Below are positions 30,260 to 40,012 of a stretch of 64,000 bases of DNA, piece after piece. Position 1 is the first letter of the stretch; each line of letters begins with the position of its first letter. The position numbers and the translations under genes are program-made. The DNA comes from an uncultured delta proteobacterium (GTDB lineage: Bacteria > Desulfobacterota > Binatia > Binatales > Binataceae), in assembly GCA_963808235.1 (NCBI GenBank), contig CAWEEQ010000004.1, positions 3,008,001-3,072,000 on the forward strand, given 5' to 3'. The notes below the pieces were generated by a model. It had not been told where the DNA came from. It was given only the letters and a program-made list of their open reading frames with translations, and ran no database searches.

Positions 30260-30850
30260 GATCCATTTCTCCCGAAACCTCACGAGGTTTCAGCCTTCCC
30301 GTTGTGGGAGACAAAGATGCGGCGCGGAGCCTGCCCTGAGCGAAGCCGAATGGGCGCCTGTTAGAATTTGAATGAGGAGGAAAAGAAAATCCTCACGTCG
30401 CCGCACGCACACGCGTCGGGGCGATGGCTCGTTCACGCTTCTGAGCTATTTTCGTCTTCCAATTTTTGTGTCATTCCAAGCGAAGCCGAGAGCCTGTCCT
30501 GAGCTTCGCCGAAGGGTTTCAGCCTTCCCATTGTGGGAGAAAAAGATGCGGCGCGATGCGCCTGTTAGAAGTTTGAATGAGGAGGAAAAGAAAAATCCTC
30601 ACGTCGCCGCACGCACACGCGCCGGGGCGATGGCTCGTTCACGCTTCTGAGCTATTTTCGTCTTCCAATTTTTGTGTCATTCCGAGCGAAGCCGAGGAAC
30701 CCCGGATCTTTTTCGATGCGCATCACACCACGCCATCCCCAACATCACCGACCCGCCCGCCAAGTCGATCCACTTCCCCCGAAACCTCACGAGGTTTCAG
30801 CCTTCCCGTTGTGGGAGAAAAAGATGCGGCGCGATGCGCCTGTTAGAAGG
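30260..30850. repeat. Tandem multi-hairpin repeat, about 2.5 copies, with nested ~25-nt insertions
   Basis: ggtttcagccttccc.ttgtgggaga.aaagatgcggcgcg..gcgcctgttagaa near 30286, 30515 and 30793; the downstream ~130 nt is duplicated. Confidence 0.9.
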
Positions 30851-31095
30851 TTTCGGGAGGACGGTTCGGTTCCGGTTCCCTCGTCCGTACGGTTCCCTCC
30901 CACGTTCGTCGGGGGAGGGTTAGGGTGGGGGACACCATGTGCGGCGCGATTTGTCCGGTGCGCCGCACATTCTCTACTGCCCCCGCACCGACGCTTTTCC
31001 GTCACCCCGCGCTACCGCCATCAAAAAAAATTGGTGTCGGAGCCCATCTGCGGCGGATTGCTAGGAGATGGCGCGCGCAAAGGCGACGGTACCTT

Positions 31096-31680
31096 TTACT
31101 GCGCGTTGAATAGACTCTCGCCGGACAGCGAGTACAGGTCGAGGGCAGGATTGCCGTCAGCGTCTACCAGCATGTTCGCCGCAACGTCACCTTCGTTGTT
31201 ATGAATGGAAAGCGCAGAGATCACTTGGTCTCGCGGGAGGTTCTCCCGAGGATCGGACGACGCCAGCATCAGCCGGGGTCTCTCGTCTCCGTCATAGAGC
31301 GCGAGCACTGCCGCGCCGTTCAGAGCCGTCGCGTACAGCGCTACCCGAGCCCGTCCGGCACCATCATAAAGGGCCAGCAACGCGCTGTCTGTATCGGTTG
31401 TCCCAAGCTCCGCGCGCTTCTTACCATTGGAATCGCGAAGAACGAAGCGTCGTGCCTCGATTAGCTCATTTGGTTGACTGCTCACGGCGGTGCGCTCTTC
31501 GATCTCTCCGGCCTCTGGCACGTTCCGAAGAGTCGCCTTCGCGCTTACTCCCTTCCTCCCGATCTTGAACTCTAAAGCACGGTCGAGGAATCGGCCCAAG
31601 GGGCGACAAAAGACGAGCATCGTAATCAGCGCTACCCATTGCCATGTTAGAAGTTTCGTGATCTCGGTCGCGATTTGCAT
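31096..31680 (-). CDS. Hypothetical protein with N-terminal TM helix and repeated L.L.D..G..R beta motifs
   Basis: VLRDSNGKKR, ALYDGAGRAR, ALYDGDERPR, LVDADGNP repeats. Confidence 0.7.
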   Translation of the reverse strand: MQIATEITKLLTWQWVALITMLVFCRPLGRFLDRALEFKIGRKGVSAKATLRNVPEAGEIEERTAVSSQPNELIEARRFVLRDSNGKKRAELGTTDTDSALLALYDGAGRARVALYATALNGAAVLALYDGDERPRLMLASSDPRENLPRDQVISALSIHNNEGDVAANMLVDADGNPALDLYSLSGESLFNAQ

Positions 31681-31866
31681 GATCCGCCTCTCAATCGTCA
31701 GCTTCCGCTCGTCTTTTTCCGCCGCGCGCTGTCTTTTCAAACTCTCGTTCGGTATGAGATCGTGCGATGAACATTTGCGCATACGGGTTCAGCCAAGCCG
31801 AGTGAACTCAGACGATCATCGGCATCGTGACCGGCGTTTCGAAAGGTATTGAGGAGAGAGGTTCAC

Positions 31867-32154
31867 TTACTTTCCCTTGAGCCAAGGATCGTCCGTCGCG
31901 ATGCATCTAGCCATCATCCATTCGGCACGTCCCGCCGAATTTCCTTTGCTGTCCTCGATAGCGCTGTTAGCCAAAAGGTTTTGTTGGTTAGCACACTCCC
32001 TTGCTTTGTCGAAACTTCCTTCAACTGACCACTCAGACAGCGGAGGGTTTCTGATCCAAACCACTCTCCCGTCTGAGAGCTGCACGCTGTTCGCAGGTGG
32101 CGCCATCAGATACCAGCCCACCAGCGACAGCGCGGCGGCGTGGCGGAGCTTCAT
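31867..32154 (-). CDS. Small secreted hypothetical protein (MKLRHAAAL..GWYLM.PP...CIATDDP type)
   Basis: Signal-like N-terminus, two Cys, distinctive termini recalled from Binatota paralogue families. Confidence 0.75.
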   Translation of the reverse strand: MKLRHAAALSLVGWYLMAPPANSVQLSDGRVVWIRNPPLSEWSVEGSFDKARECANQQNLLANSAIEDSKGNSAGRAEWMMARCIATDDPWLKGK

Positions 32155-32163
32155 GAGAACCAC

Positions 32164-32349
32164 TCAATCCCGCCGACGCCTTGGCTTCGATCTCACGCGT
32201 TTCTCCGGCGGCACGCTTCGGTCGATGACTCGCTCCCTCGGTTTTCGACGGTGCTTTGGACAATGATAGGCGCCGTACCCATCCTCGGTCCGAGCTGGCT
32301 GCCCGCAAACGCTCCCATCAAGGCGTTTAGCGGTACATGTCTTGTACAT
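32164..32349 (-). CDS. Small basic Zn-finger-like protein
   Basis: C.A....G..C...A........CPKH followed by an Arg/Lys-rich tail; fills the gap between co-oriented genes. Confidence 0.6.
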   Translation of the reverse strand: MYKTCTAKRLDGSVCGQPARTEDGYGAYHCPKHRRKPRERVIDRSVPPEKRVRSKPRRRRD

Positions 32350-32387
32350 GCCCGTGAGTTAGCAGGCCGCAGCGCGACCGACAACGA

Positions 32388-33017
32388 TTAGAACCGCGTC
32401 ATCTCATCTCTCGCCGAGCAAACGTAGTCCAAATGTCCATCGGCCCCGCCGAAAAAATTCTTGAGACCCTCCATTACCTCCCGCAGGTTGCTCAGGTCTA
32501 TGGCGACGTTAGGAAGACGTATGAGCGTTCCGTCTTTTTTTACCGGATATCGGAACGCTTCGGCACGTGTATCAAGGCGGTGAAACTGCTGGATCAATTT
32601 TCCGACCGTCGAAGCACCGACAGCGGCGCTTTTGTTATCAGGGTGGGTAAAGATCGCCTTGCAGCACTTCCAAAGGGGATCGAGATTGTGATCTTTTTTG
32701 ATGGGTAGTGAAACACCATAGCGGGGCCCGTAACTGTTGATAATCCACTGCATATTCATTTCCAGCGCGTGCCGATAGCAAAACAGGATCGGATAAATCA
32801 TGGTATGCCCTTCGTGCAGGTTCTTAAGGCACTTATCCACTAAGACGTGTCCTGCTCGGAAATACCCTCTCAACATTAAAACATGCCGTTCGGCGGGGTA
32901 GTCAGAAAAGGTTATCACATTGTTCCAACTGACCACCTTGCCCAACAACCGGTCGTCTGGGCGCGGCCATCTCTGCTCCAAGCTCGCTGAAATTTTAGCC
33001 ATCATCGAACCCTCCAT
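32388..33017 (-). CDS. Conserved hypothetical protein, HEPN-like helical
   Basis: YPILFCYRHALE...HNL..LW...D...EAFRYP pattern; visibly AT-richer than its flanks. Confidence 0.7.
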   Translation of the reverse strand: MEGSMMAKISASLEQRWPRPDDRLLGKVVSWNNVITFSDYPAERHVLMLRGYFRAGHVLVDKCLKNLHEGHTMIYPILFCYRHALEMNMQWIINSYGPRYGVSLPIKKDHNLDPLWKCCKAIFTHPDNKSAAVGASTVGKLIQQFHRLDTRAEAFRYPVKKDGTLIRLPNVAIDLSNLREVMEGLKNFFGGADGHLDYVCSARDEMTRF

Positions 33018-33100
33018 TTTCCTGCCCCGCCGCGCTGCGCGTCCGACCTCGCATCAGAACCCCATCAAATTGCCAATTCGGAACAACTCTCCCGCCAAAC

Positions 33101-33207
33101 CCTTCTAACAGGACGAAGTCCGCATCCGATGCGCAACGGGAAGCCACGAAACGGAAACCTGCGTGAGGTTTCGCTGTTGCCCGCTGGTCGCTTGCGTTTC
33201 TGTTAAC
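33101..33207. repeat. Diverged inverted copy of the 30.8 kb repeat unit, forming a long imperfect hairpin
   Basis: ccttctaacagg..cgcatc..caacgggaag..gaaacct.cgtgaggtttcg matches the reverse complement of 30780-30850. Confidence 0.6.
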
Positions 33208-33498
33208 CGCTCAATGCCCAGACTGCGCACCAAACGGGTTACTCGACCCACCCACCGTACTCCCCGCACACTCCCCCACCCTCTCTCACCCACCGTCGCA
33301 ATCTCCGGAATACCCGGCTTCATATTCATCTCATCATCGGCGGTAAAAAACACCGCGCCGCATATTTCCGAAATGTAATCCGGCCCGCCGCCGACTTCCA
33401 GAATCCGTGGGTCAACGAAACTGACCCAACCGCCGATCACTGTTTGTCGCACTCAGGACTTGATATCCTCCGGCATCGAAATCGAAGGGGCCAATACG

Positions 33499-33882
33499 AT
33501 GCCAACTACTCGCCGCATTCTGGCAACCGCCGTCGTGATTCTCACGATGGTCGCCGTGGCCTCATCATCCGCCCTCGCCCAATCCTCCGAACCCAAACGC
33601 CGTATCATTCCGGTGACGATCAACAAAGGCGAGAACTACACCATCAGCGGCGTCAAGGAATCCGAGGGCGCCCCCGCCACCAAGGTGGTCGCCAATCCGG
33701 GCGCGCTCGTGGTCCAAAACGCCCCCGGCCGGATCGAATTGGTCGGCGCCGATACCGGCAGTTGGAAAATCGACGTGACTCTCGATACCGGCGAGAAAGT
33801 CACCTACCTGGTGACCGTCAAATCCTCCGGGCTACCTCAAGGCGATCTGAATCCAGGCACCGCCCCACCCTCCATTCCTTAG
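33499..33882 (+). CDS. Secreted small protein, possibly pilus-assembly N-terminal domain-like
   Basis: Signal peptide ending ALA-Q; beta-rich VVANP...IELVG..TG...YLVTV. Confidence 0.65.
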   Translation: MPTTRRILATAVVILTMVAVASSSALAQSSEPKRRIIPVTINKGENYTISGVKESEGAPATKVVANPGALVVQNAPGRIELVGADTGSWKIDVTLDTGEKVTYLVTVKSSGLPQGDLNPGTAPPSIP

Positions 33883-34040
33883 TCACTGCGCCTCAATCAA
33901 CTCCACATCCTTCGGAATAAGTGAAACCCAAAAAAGGAACGAAAATCCAGGCAGCGCACTCTTTCGAAAGGTTCATCTTTCCCCAGACCGAGAGCAAAAT
34001 ACCGTCCTCGGGATTTTGCGATTGAATGGAATGGACACTG

Positions 34041-34062
34041 GGTGCAGGGGTCACCCCTGCCG
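34041..34062. repeat. Short palindrome ggtgcaggggtcacccctgccg
   Basis: Identical to 28919-28940. Confidence 0.7.
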
Positions 34063-34167
34063 CCCCGCGCGCAGCGGTCTGCTCTTGAACTCCCCCCATG
34101 ACAACGGTTGTCACTCCCCTCCCAGATGTCGATTGATGCCTCAATCAGCGCTGTTAGAGTTGGAACG

Positions 34168-35022
34168 ATGGCCACGACGATCACCAGCGAATGTATCAAT
34201 TGCGGAGCTTGCGAGCCCGAATGCCCCAACACGGCCATCTATGCCGGCGGCGTTGCGTGGGAACTTAACGGCGCAACCAGCCCGGCAATCGCGCAGGACA
34301 TCTATTACATCGTTCCGTCGAAATGCACCGAATGCGTCGGCTTCCACGATCACGAAGCCTGCGCCGCAGTATGCCCGGTCGATTGCTGCATCCCCGATCC
34401 AGCCAACCTCGAAACCGAAGGCGTCCTGCTCGCGCGCGCGCGAGAGTTGCATCCCGAAACCACTTTTCCCGATGACGCCCCGTCGCGCTTCCGCAAGGAA
34501 GGCGCTGGCGCAGAAGGGTTGCAGCTCCCGAAAACGGCGAAAGCAGCGCCAAAATGGCAACTAACGGCAAGGCAGCGGAATCCGCACCGAAGATCGCCGT
34601 TTCTTCGCCTAAGCCCGCCGCGCCCGCGGCTCAACCCGCCGCGGCAGTCGCCCAGGAATTCAACCCGATCGCATGGGAAGTCCCGGTCATCTGCAAGGAC
34701 TGCAATCAGCCGTGGACGATTCCGTATCGCCTGTTCGAAGCGGGCGTCGTCTTCCACTGCCCGGTCAATGTTCGGGATCGTTCGTCCCGAAGACCTCGAT
34801 GTATCGCGCGGTGCGCGAAACTTTCGAGGGCTTCTACAATCGGCGCAAAGCTCCGAGCGCGAGGCGTTCGCGCGCAAGCAGGCGAAAGAGGCCGCCGCGT
34901 TCGAAGCCAAGCAAGTCGCCGAGATGGAACAGTTCAAGCAGACGCTCGAACGCCTCGCCCATTCGATGAAGCCCGCCGGCAAACTGGAACGCCCGAAGGG
35001 TCTCGCCTCGATGTTCACTTGA
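34168..35022 (+). CDS. YfhL-like 2x[4Fe-4S] ferredoxin, probably fused to a Zn-ribbon/coiled-coil domain (several frameshifts)
   Basis: CINCGACEPECP and CTECVGF...CAAVCPVDC; alternate frames give CKDC...FHCP.CSGSF and EREAFARKQ... Confidence 0.8.
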   Translation: MATTITSECINCGACEPECPNTAIYAGGVAWELNGATSPAIAQDIYYIVPSKCTECVGFHDHEACAAVCPVDCCIPDPANLETEGVLLARARELHPETTFPDDAPSRFRKEGAGAEGLQLPKTAKAAPKWQLTARQRNPHRRSPFLRLSPPRPRLNPPRQSPRNSTRSHGKSRSSARTAISRGRFRIACSKRASSSTARSMFGIVRPEDLDVSRGARNFRGLLQSAQSSEREAFARKQAKEAAAFEAKQVAEMEQFKQTLERLAHSMKPAGKLERPKGLASMFT

Positions 35023-35033
35023 CGGCTCCGACT

Positions 35034-36270
35034 CTACTTCTCCCCAAGTCCTTCTTCGCGAATCACATACCCGCGACTCAGCAGATGCGCGCGAATCGAG
35101 TCGATATGCTCGGGGCCGCGCGTCTCCAACTCGAGCATCACGCGCGCGCCGCCAATCGCAACGTCGCGCCGGGTGCGATCGTGATCGATCGCGCGAACGT
35201 TCGCGCCCGTCTCTCCGAGCTACTGCGAGCAGCTTGCCGAGTTCGCCAGGTCGATCGCGCAAATCGACGCCGACCCGGAACAAGCGCCCGACTTTTACGA
35301 GTCCATGCCCGATAATCCGATCGAGCAGGTTCATGTCGATATTGCCGCCGCTCAAAACCAGCACCACGCGCTTGCCCTTCAGTTCGTTCTGGATCTTGAG
35401 CGCGCCCGCGAGCGCGGCTGCGCCAGCGCCTTCGGCAAGGAGCTTCAGCCGCTCGAGCAGGAGCAGCACGGCCTCGCCGATTTCGAAGTCATCGACGGTG
35501 ACGACGCGTTTGACCCGTCCGCGCATGATCTCGAATGGCACCGCGCCGATGCGTCCGGTCGGCGAGTCCGTCGGCGATAGTATCGGCGGGACGGCCGATC
35601 GATTCGGGCGCGCCGGCGGCGAGACTCGCGCTCAGTTGCGGCGAGCCCGCGGCTTCGACGCCGATCACTTCCGCCGCGGACGCGCGCGCATGCAAGCGCC
35701 GCCGAGATTCCAGCAATCAGTCCGCCGCCGCCGACCGGGACCATCACCACGTCGGGTGTGATTTCGTCGGCGATCTCCAGCCCGACAGTGCCCTGCCCCG
35801 CGACCACGTAAGGATCGTCGTAAGCGTCGACGAAGATTGCGCCGCGCTCGGTGCAGATCGCGGCGGCGGCGGCACGCGCACCTTGATAATCCGCGCCCTG
35901 TAAGATTACCGATTGGCCGTAGCTTCGGGTCGCGTCTATTTTTGCGATCGCCGCCGCGGTTGGCATCACGATCGTCGCGGTCACGCCGGCGCGAGTCGCC
36001 GCGTATGCGAGCGCTTGTCCATGATTTCCGGCCGACGCCGCGACGACGCCGCGCGATTTTTCCTCGTCGCTGAGCGTGACGATCCGATTGTAGGCGCCGC
36101 GAATTTTGAACGAGCCGGTCTTCTGCACATTCTCGGGCTTGATGCGCACGTCTGCGTCGAGCATCCGCGAGAGCGTTGCGCTGCGTCTCAAGCGGCGTCG
36201 GCCTGATGATTCCGGCGAGACGGCTGCGCGCCTCTTCTATTTGTTCGAGCGACAAGCGCGTGGATGGCAT
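35034..36270 (-). CDS. ilvA: Threonine ammonia-lyase with ACT domain (several frameshifts)
   Basis: KPENVQKTGSFKIRGA, ASAGNHGQ, PVGGGGLI, AEGAGAA, SGGNID, DRPGEL, ETRG.EH spread over several frames. Confidence 0.88.
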
Positions 36271-36279
36271 CGGAAAAAT

Positions 36280-36630
36280 CTAGTGATGAACCGGGGGCGC
36301 AAATTGACGCGCGGTTACCGCCCCGAAAGAGTCGCCGTCGAAATCGATTTGCGTGCAGGCTCCGGTCTTGTAATCGAGATCGAGCAGAAGATTACGGACC
36401 GCGCGCCGCTTGATCGAGTTGATCAGCGCCGCGACGGCTTCGCGATCTTCGGTCGAAATCGCACCGACCTCGGCTGCGTCAAGATGGCTCTGAGAGCAGA
36501 ACTCGCGCGCCTTGTCCTCGCTGCTGAATGCGAGCACTCCGGCCCACGGCGCGCCTTTTTCCTGGAAGACGATCAGCGCACCTGCCGTATCGAGAAGGAG
36601 ATGAATTTCTTTGCCGAGCAAATCACTCAA
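36280..36630 (-). CDS. Hypothetical protein
   Basis: 116-aa ORF in the operon; TTG start overlaps the upstream stop. Confidence 0.7.
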   Translation of the reverse strand: MSDLLGKEIHLLLDTAGALIVFQEKGAPWAGVLAFSSEDKAREFCSQSHLDAAEVGAISTEDREAVAALINSIKRRAVRNLLLDLDYKTGACTQIDFDGDSFGAVTARQFAPPVHH

Positions 36631-36964
36631 GAGTTTTCGACCGTGAGCTTGCCGGTGCGAATCGCGGCCGCGCGCTCGCGGACCAGCGCCGGATAGGTGT
36701 AGTAATGCTCGCCGCTTAAGTGCAGGAACGAATCGATATCGACGTCCTCGAGTTCGAGTTCCGCGATTGCGCTTTCCGCCGCGGCCCTGCTCGACGCTTT
36801 TACGATCGAGTCGTAGAGCGCGCGACCCTGGCTCGACTGGAAATCCTCGCGCGGCGGAAGTGCGTCGTGCGCGAGCTTACCGGCGTGAAATTATCCAGAA
36901 TGAAGCGCAGCGCCTTAAGTTCATGGCGTAAAATGTCGACGGGCTTGATCGATTCGCGCGGCAT
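36627..36964 (-). CDS. Hypothetical protein (frameshift near 36885)
   Basis: Joined manual translation MPRESIKPVDILRHELKALRFILDNF/AGKL...LSGEHYYTYPALVRER...VENS*. Confidence 0.6.
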
Positions 36965-37030
36965 AGGAGCCGAGCATATCGCCGCGAGTTCGCGCGATTC
37001 AATCACGGGCAGGGACGCCCGTGCCACGAA

Positions 37031-37868
37031 TCAGTCGCCTTTGATCAGGCGATGGATGGCGCTCAGATGCCTTTGCGATTCGCGCTTGCGGCCCATCACT
37101 TCATACATCTCGGCCGCGTTGCGATGCGCTTCGACGTTGGCGGGATCGCATTCCAGGGTGCGCAGAAAGCTCCGCAGCGCTTGCTGAGGCTCCTCCTTCC
37201 TTCGATAGAGCAGTCCCGAGCCTCAGATGCACTTCGGCATTGGCCGGGACGATCGCGGCCGCACCGAGCAGATGACGCAACGCACTGCCGAGGTCGCCCT
37301 CTCGTTCGAGCAGAGTTGCAAGGCGGATATGGGCCTCGAAGTTGCCGGGCTCGCGGCCGAGCAGCTCGCCGTAAATCGTTAGTGCGCGGAGCGGATCTTC
37401 GTCGGCGATTTGGCGCGCCTCTTCGAAGCGCTCGCGCACGCGCGCCGGTCCGAAGCGATCTTCGACCTTGCCGCGCCGACAACTGCCTTCGAAATCGAGA
37501 AGCAGCTGTCCGGTCTGCGCTTCGATGAGCACCGGGCCGTCGCGCACGACGATGCGCCCTTCGTCATTGACGAGTTTGAGTGAAGTGACACTGCGGTCGG
37601 GAGCGACGAACTCGCGCACCCGATCGAGGCATCGCTGAACCGGCTCGATATGCTGGCGGGTGCCGAGCAGCTCCTTGGCGAGGCGCATCTCGAGCAGATC
37701 GTTGAATGCGAAGCGATATTTTCGTCCGCCGGAATTGAGCGGCCGGATCAGATTGCGCTTGACCCAGTAACGAATTCGCTCCGGCGTGACCGCGAGGATT
37801 CGCGCAGCTGTGCGCGTGGAAAACGTTTCTCCCCCTCCAACCGCCTCTACCATCTTCAAGCCCAACAC
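37031..37868 (-). CDS. MerR-type HTH plus TPR repeat protein (frameshift near 37215)
   Basis: FSTRTAARILAVTPERIRYWVK...FAFNDL; TPRs EAHIRLA, EVHLRLG, AHRNAA. Confidence 0.8.
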
Positions 37869-37945
37869 CGCCCGAGTATAAGTACTCGCGGCGATACTCT
37901 CAATGCGGGACGGCGGGCTTTCTCAACACCTGTTGAGCGCCGCAG

Positions 37946-38359
37946 CTAGCGGCGGACCTCTTTGAGGGCGCGAATGACGCCGACTACTGCGTTGACGCCG
38001 TTTTTTGCGTTTTCGATTCGCGCGACGGCCTGCTCGTCGGTCATGGCGGGTCCGATGATCGAGAGGCCGACGGGCTTGTCGAACTCGAGCGACAACTCGA
38101 TGCCGGCGCGGGCGATCGCATGCGCGATCACTTCGTCGTGATTAGTCTCGCCCTTGATCACCGCGCCAATCATCACGACGCCTTCGATTTCCTTGCGCTG
38201 CAGCAGGGCCTTCACGACCGGCGCCATGTCGTACACGCCCGGGACGTTGACCACGCGCGCGACTTCGACGCCGAGCGACTCGGCATGGCTGCGCGCCCGC
38301 TGTTCCATCGGGGTGGTTACCTCGGAGTTGAACTCCGAAACTACGAACGCGATTTTCAT
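37946..38359 (-). CDS. ribH: 6,7-dimethyl-8-ribityllumazine synthase, archaeal type
   Basis: [33 protein letters not shown]; ATG overlaps the hisF stop. Confidence 0.9.
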   Translation of the reverse strand: MKIAFVVSEFNSEVTTPMEQRARSHAESLGVEVARVVNVPGVYDMAPVVKALLQRKEIEGVVMIGAVIKGETNHDEVIAHAIARAGIELSLEFDKPVGLSIIGPAMTDEQAVARIENAKNGVNAVVGVIRALKEVRR

Positions 38360-39159
38360 CGAGCACGCATCAGGTCGATTGTTACTGCGTCGCGAATCTC
38401 GACGCCGTTGCCTTTGAGGTATGACTTCAGCGCCGGGATCGGATGCTCGCCGTAGTGGACGATCGACGCGACGATCGCTGCGTCGGCAAGCCCGGTCGTG
38501 AAAGCGTCGCGCAGATGCGCCGGCTCTCCGGCGCCGCCGGACGCGATCACGGGGATCGAAACGGCTTCGCTGATGCGGCGCGTGATTTCGAGATCGTAAC
38601 CGAGCTTGGTGCCGTCGCGATCGATCGAGTTGATGCATAGTTCGCCTGCGCCGAGCCGCTCGCCCTCGAGCGACCATGCGAGCGCGTCGCGCCCGGTGGG
38701 CTGGCGTCCGCCGTCGATCACGACTTCGTAACCGGTCGGAATTTCAGGGCGCACGCCGGTTTGCTTCACTTGCATCGAGAGGACGACGCACTGGCTGCCG
38801 AATGCGCGCGCGCCCTCGGAGATCAGTTTCGGATTGCGCACCGCGCCGGAATCGATCGAGACTTTCTCCGCGCCGGCGAGCAGAACGGCGCGCATATCTT
38901 CGAGGGTGCGAAGTCCGCCGCCGACGCTGAACGGAATGAAAATTTCGCGCGCCACCGCGCGGACTACGTCGAGCATGATGCCGCGGCGCTCGTTGCTTGC
39001 GGTGATGTCATAGAAAACGATCTCGTCGGCGCCTTCCTGATAGTAGTAGCGGGCCATCGCGACCGGATCGCCGACGTCGACGTTGGCAAGGAACTGCACG
39101 CCCTTGGTGACTTTGCCGTCGCGCACATCGAGGCACGGGATGATTCGTTTCGCGAGCAT
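38356..39159 (-). CDS. hisF: Imidazole glycerol phosphate synthase cyclase subunit
   Basis: [42 protein letters not shown]. Confidence 0.97.
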   Translation of the reverse strand: MLAKRIIPCLDVRDGKVTKGVQFLANVDVGDPVAMARYYYQEGADEIVFYDITASNERRGIMLDVVRAVAREIFIPFSVGGGLRTLEDMRAVLLAGAEKVSIDSGAVRNPKLISEGARAFGSQCVVLSMQVKQTGVRPEIPTGYEVVIDGGRQPTGRDALAWSLEGERLGAGELCINSIDRDGTKLGYDLEITRRISEAVSIPVIASGGAGEPAHLRDAFTTGLADAAIVASIVHYGEHPIPALKSYLKGNGVEIRDAVTIDLMRAR

Positions 39160-39161
39160 GG

Positions 39162-39783
39162 TCAGGACTTGAGCCGGCAGAAGTTGTCGAGGAGTTTGAG
39201 TCCCGCGGCGCCGCTCTTTTCAAGATGGAACTGGGTCGCGAGCACGTTGTCGCGCACGATCGCGGCGGTGAAGGGGACGCCGTAGTCGCAGGTCGCAAGG
39301 CGCATCGAGGGGTCGTCGAGAATCGGATAGTAAGAATTGACGAAATAAAAGTGCGTGTTGTCCGGCACGCCGGCGAAGACTGGATGGCGTCGCGCCTGGC
39401 GCACGCGGTTCCATCCGATTTGCGGGACCTTGAGCGGGCGGCCGTCGATTGAGCGCGGATAGCGCGCGACGCGGCCGGCGACGATGCCGAGGCAAGTTCG
39501 CATCGTCCTCTTCGCTGCGATCGAGCAGCACCTGGATGCCGATGCAGATGCCGAGGAACGGCTTGCCGGCGCGGGCGACATCGTTGCGGAGGACGTCGAC
39601 GAGTCCGAGCGCGCGCAGGTTTTCCATGGTCGCGCCGGCGGCGCCGACGCCGGGGAGGATCACGCGATCGGCGGCGACGATTCGCTCGGCGCGATCGGTG
39701 ATTTCACACTCGTGGCCGAGGAATTCGAGGGCGCGCTTGACGCTGGCGAGGTTGCCGGCTTTGTAATCGACGATTGCGATCAT
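39162..39783 (-). CDS. hisH: Imidazole glycerol phosphate synthase glutaminase subunit (frameshift near 39497)
   Basis: [21 protein letters not shown], then [21 protein letters not shown]. Confidence 0.93.
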
Positions 39784-39851
39784 GGGCTCATTCCGAGCCC
39801 CAGATCATAGCGTGAGTCGCATCGGCACCCAAGCATACAGCTCGGTCGAGC

Positions 39852-39893
39852 CTAGCTAACCTAACCCCAACCCCTTCCCTCGAGGGAAGGGGA
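39852..39893. repeat. REP-like ctaacc...ccccttccc..gggaagggg palindrome
   Basis: Reverse-complement relative of 19036-19070. Confidence 0.65.
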
Positions 39894-40012
39894 ACAATTT
39901 TTTTATATGACGTGCAGGAGGCACGCGTGGAGGATTGCCTCACGCATTGAGCGCAGCGCGAGCGCCCGCACCGTTAAGACAGCGGCGCGGCGACGATTGT
40001 CGCGATGTCGAA

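Noticed and set aside
30260-30850. CRISPR array
   Set aside because: Units are over 200 nt, the intervening sequence is duplicated rather than unique, and there are no cas genes.
30372-31204. Plus-strand ORFs over the repeat region
   Set aside because: They are translations of the non-coding repeats, Arg/Pro-rich with no motifs.
30850-33207. Integron cassette array (TAAC...GTTA hairpin at 33105-33205)
   Set aside because: Core sites do not fit RYYYAAC/GTTRRRY, there are no attC-like sites between the island genes, and no intI is present.
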